Position numbers and translations under genes: made by a program. The notes below the pieces were generated by a model. The model ran no database searches, was not told where the DNA came from, and was given only the letters and a program-made list of their open reading frames with translations. DNA of 64,000 bases, from the NCBI GenBank assembly GCA_023435305.1, contig JAEYRV010000040.1:1122-65121 (forward strand), read 5' to 3'. The stretch is from Bacillota bacterium. Its GTDB lineage: Bacteria > Bacillota > Clostridia > Acetivibrionales > DTU013. Each line of letters begins with the position of its first letter. Position 1 is the stretch's first letter. Below, piece after piece: positions 20,859-30,015 of the stretch.

Positions 20859-21971
20859 GTGGTTTTTACGGAATCGATAAGAAAAAGCAACCCGCATATT
20901 GAAGACATACTTGATGGGATGTATGACTGGGTCAGAGTCGTAGATTTTGACAATAAGATACTATATATGAACAGGGCTATGGAAGAAGACCTGGGAAAAC
21001 TGACTATGGGCAAAAAGTGCTATGAAATGCTTGGACGCAGCGAGCCCTGTGAGAACTGTACCTCCAGAAGGGCGATCCTGGATGGAGTTTCCGGAGAAAA
21101 AGAGGAAAAAATAAACGACAGGACCTTCTCGGTAATGTCATCTCCCTTAAAGAGCGCCGACGGTAAAATAATAGCAGTTGTTGAGGTGCTGCGGGAAACG
21201 ACCCAGCTGAAAAAGCTGCTTGATAAAACACAGGAGCAGAACCTGATACTGAAAAAGGATGTGGAGATGGCCAGAAAGCTTCAGTCCAGTTTGCTGCCAG
21301 GCCCGATCAGCGACCCGAGAGCGGATCTGTCGCTGATTTATATGCCCTGTGAAGCACTTGGCGGAGACTTTGTTGATGTATTTTACATAGACAGCTCTCA
21401 TATTGGCATATACATTGCAGACGTATCAGGCCACGGCGTCCAGGCATCACTGCTGACCGTCTTTCTGCGTTCGGCACTGAACAAGAAGCTGCTTTCGCCA
21501 TCAATGGCCCTGGAGGAGCTTTACCGTGAATTCAATCAGAGCAGGCTGGATGAAGAACTATATATATCTGTCTTTTACTCAATAATCGATCTGGATAACA
21601 GAACAATGCTGTATTCCAACGCCGGTCTGAATGTAACCCCTGTTGTTTACAGCGAAAGCAGATTTGAACTGCTGCGCATGCCGGGGATACCGATCAGCAA
21701 CTGGATGAAAAAGCCCGGATACAAGGATGGAGAATTGGACCTTATGTCGGGCGACAAGCTGTTTTTGTATACCGACGGTATATTTGAAATGAGAAATGAC
21801 CTTAATGAACAGTTTGGAGAGGAAAGGTTACTGGAAATCCTGCTGAAAAGTCATCTAAGTCCCAAGCAGCTGTTACTTAAGATAAAGAACTCAGCCTTCT
21901 CCTTTGCGGGAATAAAGACTGCTGATGAACTTAGGGATGATGTGACTCTGGCGCTTCTTGAACTAAAGTGA
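20859..21971 (+). CDS. PP2C-type (SpoIIE/RsbU family) phosphatase with an N-terminal PAS-like sensor
   Basis: The C-terminal half has ALGGDFVDVFYID...ADVSGHGVQASLLTVFLR...LYTDGIFE. The N-terminal half is PAS-like with CYEMLGRSEPCENC. The start is uncertain because the GTG at 20859 abuts the SD. Confidence 0.8.
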   Translation: MVFTESIRKSNPHIEDILDGMYDWVRVVDFDNKILYMNRAMEEDLGKLTMGKKCYEMLGRSEPCENCTSRRAILDGVSGEKEEKINDRTFSVMSSPLKSADGKIIAVVEVLRETTQLKKLLDKTQEQNLILKKDVEMARKLQSSLLPGPISDPRADLSLIYMPCEALGGDFVDVFYIDSSHIGIYIADVSGHGVQASLLTVFLRSALNKKLLSPSMALEELYREFNQSRLDEELYISVFYSIIDLDNRTMLYSNAGLNVTPVVYSESRFELLRMPGIPISNWMKKPGYKDGELDLMSGDKLFLYTDGIFEMRNDLNEQFGEERLLEILLKSHLSPKQLLLKIKNSAFSFAGIKTADELRDDVTLALLELK

Positions 21972-22827
21972 TGACGTTTGCCGCAACGGCTCTGTCCACC
22001 CCAGCCAGATCCTTATATACTTTTATGTTGTAATACCTTCCGTCCCCGGCAATAAGACCGGCAACCTCCGCCGCCTGATCATACCCGGTTTCAAGAGCAA
22101 GCAGGCCCCCGCTTTTCAAGTACAATGGAGCAGCATCAATAATAGCTCTGTAAAAGCGCAGCCCATCCGCACCTCCATCAAGCGCCTCCACCGGCTCAAA
22201 ATCCCTTACTTCCCTCTGAAGTCCTGGTAAATCACCTGTTCGTATATATGGAGGATTTGAAACTATTACATCGAACCCGGTACCCGTTATATTACTGAAT
22301 AAATCACTTTCGATAAATAAGACACGGTCCGCGACACCATTCCTTCGGGCGTTACCCGAAGCGGTCTCCAGTGCGTCAGGCATTATGTCCGAAGCAGTCA
22401 CCCGGCATCTGGGATAATGGTATGCCAGGCTTACGGCTATACAGCCTGAGCCGGTACACATATCCAGTATGTTTTGGATACTGCCCTCATTTGTCCTCCT
22501 GCAGAAATCAAGTACGACCTCCACAAGTAATTCGGTATCCTGTCGGGGTATCAAAACACTTGGATTTGTCCTGAACATGAGTGACATGAATTCCTGGACT
22601 CCTGTCAGATACTGAAGCGGCTGCCCCTCCGCCCGTTTCATGAGCAGTCCGTGATATGCCCGCCCTATCCCGGCGTCCAGCGGCTCACTGCCGTGGGCAT
22701 ACAGGTATGTCCTGTCGCAGCCTGCAGCATGACAAAGCAGAACCCCGGCATCGTTGGCCGGGGCTTCGATTCCCGCATTTTTCAATATTTGCATTCCTTC
22801 TCTGTACGCTTCGCCGTAGGTCATCAT
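21931..22827 (-). CDS. prmC: release factor glutamine N5-methyltransferase
   Basis: LDMCTGSGCIA and the VSNPPYI motif are present. It sits next to the DUF1385 gene, as is usual. Confidence 0.9.
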   Translation of the reverse strand: MMTYGEAYREGMQILKNAGIEAPANDAGVLLCHAAGCDRTYLYAHGSEPLDAGIGRAYHGLLMKRAEGQPLQYLTGVQEFMSLMFRTNPSVLIPRQDTELLVEVVLDFCRRTNEGSIQNILDMCTGSGCIAVSLAYHYPRCRVTASDIMPDALETASGNARRNGVADRVLFIESDLFSNITGTGFDVIVSNPPYIRTGDLPGLQREVRDFEPVEALDGGADGLRFYRAIIDAAPLYLKSGGLLALETGYDQAAEVAGLIAGDGRYYNIKVYKDLAGVDRAVAANVITLVQEAPESHHP

Positions 22828-22830
22828 TAC

Positions 22831-23757
22831 TCACCATTTATCGGAATCATTGTCCACCATGACATTTTTCATAGCGACGATTGCCACCTCTATCTGAGAA
22901 TCATCCGGCTCTCTGGTGGTCAGAAACTGAAACAGCATGCCCGGAGCATTGATTATCTTCATCAGGAGCCAGTCCGTATGCCTGCCGGCAAACCGCTGCA
23001 CCTCATACGCCACACCTGCCACCACCGGTATCATAAGGAGCCTCAGCAACAGGTTTATTATAGGATTGTGCAAGCCAAGGAACGAGAAGATGATAATACT
23101 GATTATCATGACCAGAAACAGGAAGGATGTTCCGCAGCGAGGGTGCTTTGTCGTATACTTCCTGACATTTTCCACCGTCAGCTCTTCTTCATGCTCATAG
23201 CAGTGGATCGTTTTGTGCTCTGCACCGTGATACTGCCAGACTCTTTTTATATCATCCAGCAAGGTTGCCAGATAAATGTATAGAAAGAAAATGACTATTC
23301 TGATCACACCCTCAAAAAGGTTGTACAATATGACATTTGCACCTTCCTTTTTAAGATTGATCAGTCCGGCCAGAAGATTGGGCAGCAATATGAAAAGCCC
23401 TATACTGAATGCAAGCGATATTATGACTGATACGTAAATAACCGCATCCTTGCCCTTATCCTTGAACAGTTTTTCTATAAACGCATCAAATTTCGATGGT
23501 TCCTTTTCTGATTCATCCTCCAGATCGACAAAATCCGCAGAGTACATCAATGCCTTCACTCCGACTATCATTTGCTTGAAAAGGTTCACGGAGCCGCGTA
23601 CAAGCGGTATCTTCTGGATCTTTGACTTCTTTGGCAGGGGATTTTTCTCCAGAACGATCTCTCCGTCAGGCTTGCGTACGGCTATAGCCGAATTTTCAGG
23701 CCCTATCATCAGCAATCCTTCCAGAAGCGCTTGTCCCCCTATAGTAGTTTTCTTCAT
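22831..23757 (-). CDS. DUF1385-family membrane protein
   Basis: GGQALLEGLLM...YHGAEHK...HPRCGTSF is the DUF1385 pattern. Confidence 0.8.
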   Translation of the reverse strand: MKKTTIGGQALLEGLLMIGPENSAIAVRKPDGEIVLEKNPLPKKSKIQKIPLVRGSVNLFKQMIVGVKALMYSADFVDLEDESEKEPSKFDAFIEKLFKDKGKDAVIYVSVIISLAFSIGLFILLPNLLAGLINLKKEGANVILYNLFEGVIRIVIFFLYIYLATLLDDIKRVWQYHGAEHKTIHCYEHEEELTVENVRKYTTKHPRCGTSFLFLVMIISIIIFSFLGLHNPIINLLLRLLMIPVVAGVAYEVQRFAGRHTDWLLMKIINAPGMLFQFLTTREPDDSQIEVAIVAMKNVMVDNDSDKW

Positions 23758-23793
23758 AATCTCTCCTCTGATGTTAACGCAATATGACCGGTA

Positions 23794-23831
23794 TAAAAAA
23801 TAAAGGCCGAATCATTTAATGTTCAGCCTTT
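23794..23831 (-). terminator. intrinsic terminator after rpmE
   Basis: The RNA reads AAAGGCUGAA-loop-UUCGGCCUUU followed by AUUUUUU. Confidence 0.7.
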
Positions 23832-23885
23832 AGTGTACCACTTTTGCTCTCGCTTTTCAAATTTCCTATGATGTCATGATGCATC

Positions 23886-24095
23886 TTAAGCGTTGTCTAC
23901 GATACCGAATTTCTTCTTGAATTTTTCAACACGTCCGCCGGTGTCAATAAGCTTCTGCTTACCGGTAAAGAACGGATGACACTTTGAGCATATTTCAACA
24001 TGCAGTTCCTTTTTCACGGAACCTGTAGTAAAGATCTCGCCACAAGCGCACTTTACAGTTGCCTCACCATATTTGGGCTGAATATTTTCTTTCAT
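23886..24095 (-). CDS. rpmE: 50S ribosomal protein L31
   Basis: 69 aa: [19 protein letters not shown]...[13 protein letters not shown] (the Zn-ribbon type). Confidence 0.95.
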   Translation of the reverse strand: MKENIQPKYGEATVKCACGEIFTTGSVKKELHVEICSKCHPFFTGKQKLIDTGGRVEKFKKKFGIVDNA

Positions 24096-24166
24096 CGTCG
24101 ATTCACCTTCCTTCGCTTTGCTGCAAAATAGATTCTGCCATTCTGCTCACGCAACAAGCAAAAAAC

Positions 24167-24196
24167 ATTGTAGCATATATTATCATCTTAATCAAG
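24167..24196 (-). promoter_or_regulatory. candidate rpmE promoter
   Basis: On the minus strand: TTGATT, a 17-nt spacer, then TACAAT, directly after the rho stop. Confidence 0.5.
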
Positions 24197-24198
24197 TC

Positions 24199-26196
24199 CT
24201 ATTTATCTATGAAGGACTTGTTGATGCTGTTTACAAATTCTTCATTTGTCCTGGTCTGCGTCAGCTTGTTCAGTATCATTTCCGTGACATCCGATGTGCC
24301 CAGATTGCTCATAGCCTTTCTGATGGCCCAGATGCTCTCCATTTCCTTCTGGTTGAGCAGCAGGTCCTCTCTTCTGGTACCGGACTTGTTGATGTCGATG
24401 GCAGGGAAAACACGTTTTTCCGACATCTTCCTGTCAAGGTGTATTTCCATGTTGCCGGTTCCCTTGAATTCCTCGAATATTACATCATCCATACGGCTGC
24501 CTGTCTCTATCAATGCGGTCGCAATGATTGTAAGGCTGCCTCCGAACTCTATGTTTCTGGCCGATCCGAAGAATCTCTTGGGGCTGTGGAGCGCGCCCGG
24601 ATCAAGACCGCCTGACAATGTCCTGCCCGTTGGAGGTATGGTCAGGTTATATGCTCTGGCAAGCCTTGTTATACTGTCAAGGAGTATGACTACATCCTTT
24701 TTGTGCTCAACGAGCCTCTGGGCCCTCTCCAGAACCATTTCCGCAACCTTTATGTGATGCTCAGGCACCTTGTCGAAGGTCGAGTATATTATCTCTCCAT
24801 TTATGGATCTCTGCATATCGGTGACCTCTTCCGGCCTTTCGTCGATAAGCAGTACAATAAGCTCTATTTCCGGGAAATTGGTGGTTATAGCATTTGCGAT
24901 CTTCTTCAGAAGTATGGTTTTACCTGCCTTCGGGGGTGAAACGATCATTCCCCTCTGCCCTCTTCCTATAGGTGCGATCAGGTCGATGAGCCTTGTGGAC
25001 AATTCCTTCGGACTGGTCTCAAGTGTGATGCGCTGATCCGGGAATATAGGCGTCAGGTATTCGAAGGGTCTCCTCTTTGAGGCCACATCTGGAGTGTCGC
25101 CGTTGACAGTCGAAACATAAAGCAGCGCCTGGAACTTTTCTCCCTCTTTAGGTATCCTTCCCTTGCCCTTTATCTTATCTCCGGTCTTCAGTCCAAACCT
25201 TCTGATCTGGGATGGTGAAACATATACATCCTTTGTGCCTGACAGGAAATTATCGCTCCGAAGGAAGCCATACCCATCGGGAAGCACTTCCAGAACTCCC
25301 TCCACAGGATCGTCGCTTTCGATTTTCTCAGTCCCGTTCTGCTGTGGCTGCTGTCTGTCCTGTTGGTTGTTCCACTCTTTCTTCTGCTGCTGATCATATG
25401 TCTTAAAGGCCGGTTTGTCTTCCGTCCTTGTCTCTTCAGTCCTCATGGCGTCCTGGCCATCAGTCCGTTCTGCTCCGACAATATCGGCATCTGGCGCCTG
25501 TACTGCTGCCTCCCGCTTTCCCTCTGCAGCAGCTATAGGCTGCTCTCTCCTTAACTGCTTATAGTGTCCTGCTCTTGCGGGCGCGCCTCTGAATGCGTTC
25601 TGCGCACCTCTTTTTTCTCTGTGCTGTACTGTCGCCTGGCCTTCAGCAGATGTATCACTCTGTGCTGCAGCTGCTGCAGTATCCGTTTTCTCTGTTTCTG
25701 TGACTTCAGGCTTTATATCTGCAGTTTTCTGTGCGACTGCAGCTTCTGTCTTTACCTCTTCCGCAGGAACGGCTTCAGGAGAGGCCTCTTTAACTTCTTG
25801 CACAGTCTCCTTGGCTGCCTTGCTTGGTCTGCCCCGCTTTGATTTCCTCAGGACGACCGGTTCCTCAGACGAATCATTTTTTATTTCATCAGCGGCCAAT
25901 TTATCCTTAACTGATTCATTATCAGCTTTAGTGTCTTCTTTGATTTCCACACTGTCATCTATATCAACCTTTTTAGCTTTTCTGCCTCTTTTAGGTTTCA
26001 TGTCCTCATCGGTGTTCTTAGCTTCCTGGGCAGCTGCTGTGTCCTTATCCTTTTTAGCCTCCTTGGGTGCGCCGGCTTTCAGGATCTTATCTATCAGCTC
26101 ATCCTTTTCAAGCTTTTTAACGCCTCTGAGTCCCATCATTTTTGCTATGTACTGCAAATCCTCCAATGACTTTGCAGAAAGATTCACTTCTTCCAT
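24199..26196 (-). CDS. rho: transcription termination factor Rho with a ~255-aa disordered N-terminal insertion
   Basis: The C-terminal ~365 aa are canonical Rho ([36 protein letters not shown]). Residues ~41-297 are K/E/A/T-rich low complexity. Confidence 0.95.
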   Translation of the reverse strand: MEEVNLSAKSLEDLQYIAKMMGLRGVKKLEKDELIDKILKAGAPKEAKKDKDTAAAQEAKNTDEDMKPKRGRKAKKVDIDDSVEIKEDTKADNESVKDKLAADEIKNDSSEEPVVLRKSKRGRPSKAAKETVQEVKEASPEAVPAEEVKTEAAVAQKTADIKPEVTETEKTDTAAAAAQSDTSAEGQATVQHREKRGAQNAFRGAPARAGHYKQLRREQPIAAAEGKREAAVQAPDADIVGAERTDGQDAMRTEETRTEDKPAFKTYDQQQKKEWNNQQDRQQPQQNGTEKIESDDPVEGVLEVLPDGYGFLRSDNFLSGTKDVYVSPSQIRRFGLKTGDKIKGKGRIPKEGEKFQALLYVSTVNGDTPDVASKRRPFEYLTPIFPDQRITLETSPKELSTRLIDLIAPIGRGQRGMIVSPPKAGKTILLKKIANAITTNFPEIELIVLLIDERPEEVTDMQRSINGEIIYSTFDKVPEHHIKVAEMVLERAQRLVEHKKDVVILLDSITRLARAYNLTIPPTGRTLSGGLDPGALHSPKRFFGSARNIEFGGSLTIIATALIETGSRMDDVIFEEFKGTGNMEIHLDRKMSEKRVFPAIDINKSGTRREDLLLNQKEMESIWAIRKAMSNLGTSDVTEMILNKLTQTRTNEEFVNSINKSFIDK

Positions 26197-26490
26197 ACTC
26201 CACCTACCTTGTTATATAGTTATTAAGTTTTATTATCAGAAATTCATATGAACATCTATGTGGCGTTGAAATATACCCGATCAGCTATGCCGGGAAAATT
26301 TCCACAAGTACTGACATCCGGTTGTAATAATATGAAACATATGAAAATTCCTAAGTTTAATCAGGGAAATCTAAACAATTAGAATGATTCTTTTGATTCC
26401 AGAATATTATATCATCTTAAAGAATAAATTGTCAATCATATACACCCTGAACCGGCGAATTTGCGATGTTTTGCGAATTCAGGAGCAGAC

Positions 26491-27156
26491 TTATTTCCCG
26501 AACTTATCACCTGAACGTCTGAATAAGATATTGTGCTCATACTCCAAATCATTTCCGGTAATGAACTGGTTTTTCTTCAATACCTCTTTGAGATCCTCAT
26601 TCTTTGCCGCCGGTATCCACTGATTTCCGCCGCATTTCCCGCATCTGAGCAATACACAGTCCGCCAGCAGCACCAGTTCTATGTCGGATGCTCCGCATTC
26701 ACAGTAAAGACTTCCTCTCAGAGCTATGTCATGTATGTGGTTCAATGTGTCAAACATGACCTGGGTATTGCGGAAATAGTTCTCGTATCCGTAAGTATCC
26801 ATGAGTTCGTCAAACTCTTCTTCCAGGCTGTCCACCTTTTTGCGCACTGCCTCATCCCGGCCGATGAAGCATATCTGCATTCCTGTTTCCGGACAGTTCA
26901 GCACTATCGTCTCTCCCAATAGTATCGACTTTTTCGTTATGAGGTAGATATGCTCATTATCGCATCCGATACAGGGTATATTTATCAAAAAATTGCTTTC
27001 ACCCTCCTGCTTTATTGATATGCATGATTTCCTGCAGCGGCACGCAAGTCCGCAGTTCTTCTTGTATATAAGAGTAAACATCGAAACATTGAAAAAATCA
27101 AAGCTCCCGCAGGAAGTACATTTATATGCGATGGTGATACTTGTATCTATCAGCAT
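26491..27156 (-). CDS. hypothetical Cys-rich protein (multiple CxxC pairs)
   Basis: 221 aa, with a GAGGTG SD 7 nt before the ATG at 27156. Cys pairs: CTSCGS, CRCRKSC, CIGCDNEH, CECGASD, CGKCGG. I recognise no family. Confidence 0.55.
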   Translation of the reverse strand: MLIDTSITIAYKCTSCGSFDFFNVSMFTLIYKKNCGLACRCRKSCISIKQEGESNFLINIPCIGCDNEHIYLITKKSILLGETIVLNCPETGMQICFIGRDEAVRKKVDSLEEEFDELMDTYGYENYFRNTQVMFDTLNHIHDIALRGSLYCECGASDIELVLLADCVLLRCGKCGGNQWIPAAKNEDLKEVLKKNQFITGNDLEYEHNILFRRSGDKFGK

Positions 27157-27335
27157 TTTACCCACCTCAAATAAATATATTCGCCAAATATAAAAAAAAT
27201 CCTGCTTTACCGCAAAACACATATATCATAGTACATGGGGCAAAAATACATAAAACATCTCCTTTATTTATACATAAGTATGTTATAATTTATCTGTTAC
27301 ACGAATTATGTCACATTAACAACAGGCAGGGTACA

Positions 27336-28220
27336 ATGAAGCATCTTTTTATATTAAATCCGGTTGCCGGCAAGGGTAAAACCAGCAGGCTCATTCCGGA
27401 AATCGCAGAATATTGCCAGGCCCATGGCTACAGACACGAAATCACTGTCACAGATTACCCGGGTCATGCAACAGAGATAGCAAAACAAAAAAGTGATGAG
27501 GAGCCCTGCAGGATATATTCAGTCGGGGGAGACGGAACACTCAACGAGGTGCTCAACGGCATGGCCGGGAGCAGCAGCAGCCTTGGCGTGATCCCAAGCG
27601 GCTCTGGAAACGACTTCATAAAAAGCATTATAGGAGATACGATCCCTGACAACATCCTCGCTTCCACAATTGAAGGCTCGGAAAGGCTCATCGATTACGC
27701 CAGGGTCAATGACAAATATTTTGTCAACATTTCCTCCGTAGGCTTCGATGCGGAAGTGGCATATCAAACCGGCCACTTTAAGAAGCTGCCTCTCATTTCA
27801 GGCAAACTGGCATACGTACTTGGCATACTCAGCACGATTGTCATATGCAAGAACCATCACATGGAGCTGATACTCGATAATGAGACCATCTCCGGAAAGT
27901 CTCTCCTTATAGCAGCCGGCATCGGCAAATACTATGGCGGAGGAATTTATGCCCTGCCCGGCGCCGAGATAGATGACGGCCTATTCGATGTATGTCATGT
28001 GGATGCTGTATCAAGGTTAAATATACTGCGTCTTTTCCCAAAGTACATGAAGGGTCTTCACAGCACCATTAAGGGCGTCCATCTGTATAAGAGCAGGAAG
28101 GTCGAAATACGGGCTGAAAGGCCTATACCGATGAACCGAGACGGCGAGATCATACTGACGGACAGCGCGGTCTTTGAAATATTCCCGAGAAGTCTGTCTT
28201 TTATAACCCCTGCACTTTAG
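27336..28220 (+). CDS. diacylglycerol/lipid kinase family protein (YegS/DagK-like)
   Basis: It has MKHLFILNPVAGKGK, GGDGTLNEV and GSGNDF. The internal ATG at 27336 is chosen over the long AT-rich N-terminal extension. Confidence 0.85.
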   Translation: MKHLFILNPVAGKGKTSRLIPEIAEYCQAHGYRHEITVTDYPGHATEIAKQKSDEEPCRIYSVGGDGTLNEVLNGMAGSSSSLGVIPSGSGNDFIKSIIGDTIPDNILASTIEGSERLIDYARVNDKYFVNISSVGFDAEVAYQTGHFKKLPLISGKLAYVLGILSTIVICKNHHMELILDNETISGKSLLIAAGIGKYYGGGIYALPGAEIDDGLFDVCHVDAVSRLNILRLFPKYMKGLHSTIKGVHLYKSRKVEIRAERPIPMNRDGEIILTDSAVFEIFPRSLSFITPAL

Positions 28221-28230
28221 TTACAAATAT

Positions 28231-30015
28231 CTACATGGCCTCAAGCAGGCGGTATTGTGCCGCATAAAGGCTGTAATATGCGCCGCCTCTGGCCATCAGC
28301 TCATCATGGGTGCCCTGCTCGACTATTTTGCCGTCGCTTATGTACATTATCTTATCGGCATTTTTTATGGTTGACAGCCTGTGGGCTATTATAAATGAAG
28401 TCCTTCCCTTCAGCAGCCTTTCCAGGCCCTCCTGAAGCGCCAGTTCCGTTTTGGTGTCGATACTCGAGGTAGCCTCATCCAGTACCAGTATCCTTGGATC
28501 CGCCAACAGAGCCCTTGCAAAGGAAATGAGCTGTCTTTGTCCTACTGAAAGCCTTGAACCCCTCTCATTTACTTCGGTATTGTACCCGTCCGGCATCGCT
28601 GCGATAAAATCGTGGGCTTTTACTGCCTTTGCCGCAGCTATTGCCTCTTCATCCGTTGCATCCAGTCTGCTGTACTTTATATTATCCATGATAGTGCCGG
28701 AAAATATGAAGGTGTCCTGCAGCATGATCCCCATCTGCCTTCTCAGCGACGCAAGAGTCACGCTTCTCAGATCCATGCCGTCTATCATGACACTGCCGTG
28801 TTCTATATCATAAAACCGGCTGACCAGATTTACGATAGTTGACTTGCCCGCCCCTGTGGGACCAACCAGCGCGACAGTTTCACCGGGCTTTACATCGAAG
28901 CTTGCATGATCCAGTATGATCTCATCCTTCTCATAGCTGAAAACAACATCCCTGAATTCTACTGCGCCCTGTATCATGGGCATCTCCACCGCTCCCGGCA
29001 GATCGTCCACCGTCGGCTTTTCATCGATGGTCTCAAATATCCTTTCAAGATATGCCACAGCGTTGATAATGGAGTTATAGAAATTTCCCAGATTGCTGAC
29101 AGGCTCCCAGAACCGCCATATATAGCTCATAAACGCGACAATGATACCGACTGTTATGCCGTCTGTCCCAAGCCAGCTTACCCCGGCAATGAACAATGCA
29201 GCAACGCTGGTCACAGAAATGATGTCAATGAAGGGCCACATCAGGAACTGTATTTTTATTGCCGATAGCCAGGAGCTTCTGTACTCATTGCTCTGTTCGA
29301 GGAAAATCCGCATATTTTCCTCTTCCCTGGCAAAGGACTGTGTGACTTTCATACCGCATATGCTCTCATGGATATATGCATTCATATTGGCCTGTTTTCT
29401 GCTGAGCTTCTGCCATGACCTGCGCTGGGCATTCTTCACAAGCATGGTCACAGTAATCAGCACAGGCAGGCCGGCGAGACAGACCATCGCGAGCCTGACA
29501 TTCAAAAACAGCATAAATCCGATTATTGCAATAAGCGTGAACATATCGGTAATAACACTTATAATACCGTTTGAAAGAAGATCGCTGAGTGAATTCACAT
29601 AGTTGACCACCCTAACGAGTATCTTTCCATGAGGCCTGCTGTCATAGTAGGCAAACGGAAGCTTCTGCAAGTGCGTAAACAGATCCTTCCTGATATTGTA
29701 CAAAACATTCTGTCCGATATTCGTCATTGTCCTTATCCTGAATTTCATACACACTGTATTGAAAATAAGCGTCGCAAGATATATGGCAGCCAGAACCGCA
29801 AGTCCGGCAATATCCCTTTCCGGGATCCTTATATCTATTGCTGTTTTCACCAGATAGGGCCCAAGTAGCGCAAGCCCGCTGGATACCAGCATCAGCAGTA
29901 CTGTTGCGATAACCTTTCCGACATATGGCTTCAGGTATCCCATCAACCGTCTGAATTGATTGAAATCAAATCTGGTATCCAATTCCTCGTCTATATCGAA
30001 TTTATTCCTTGCCAT
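28231..30015 (-). CDS. ABC exporter, fused permease/ATPase (second half of a heterodimeric pair)
   Basis: 6-TM domain followed by GPTGAGKST, LSVGQRQ and ILVLDEATS. AGGAGG lies 8 nt before the ATG at 30015. Confidence 0.9.
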   Translation of the reverse strand: MARNKFDIDEELDTRFDFNQFRRLMGYLKPYVGKVIATVLLMLVSSGLALLGPYLVKTAIDIRIPERDIAGLAVLAAIYLATLIFNTVCMKFRIRTMTNIGQNVLYNIRKDLFTHLQKLPFAYYDSRPHGKILVRVVNYVNSLSDLLSNGIISVITDMFTLIAIIGFMLFLNVRLAMVCLAGLPVLITVTMLVKNAQRRSWQKLSRKQANMNAYIHESICGMKVTQSFAREEENMRIFLEQSNEYRSSWLSAIKIQFLMWPFIDIISVTSVAALFIAGVSWLGTDGITVGIIVAFMSYIWRFWEPVSNLGNFYNSIINAVAYLERIFETIDEKPTVDDLPGAVEMPMIQGAVEFRDVVFSYEKDEIILDHASFDVKPGETVALVGPTGAGKSTIVNLVSRFYDIEHGSVMIDGMDLRSVTLASLRRQMGIMLQDTFIFSGTIMDNIKYSRLDATDEEAIAAAKAVKAHDFIAAMPDGYNTEVNERGSRLSVGQRQLISFARALLADPRILVLDEATSSIDTKTELALQEGLERLLKGRTSFIIAHRLSTIKNADKIMYISDGKIVEQGTHDELMARGGAYYSLYAAQYRLLEAM

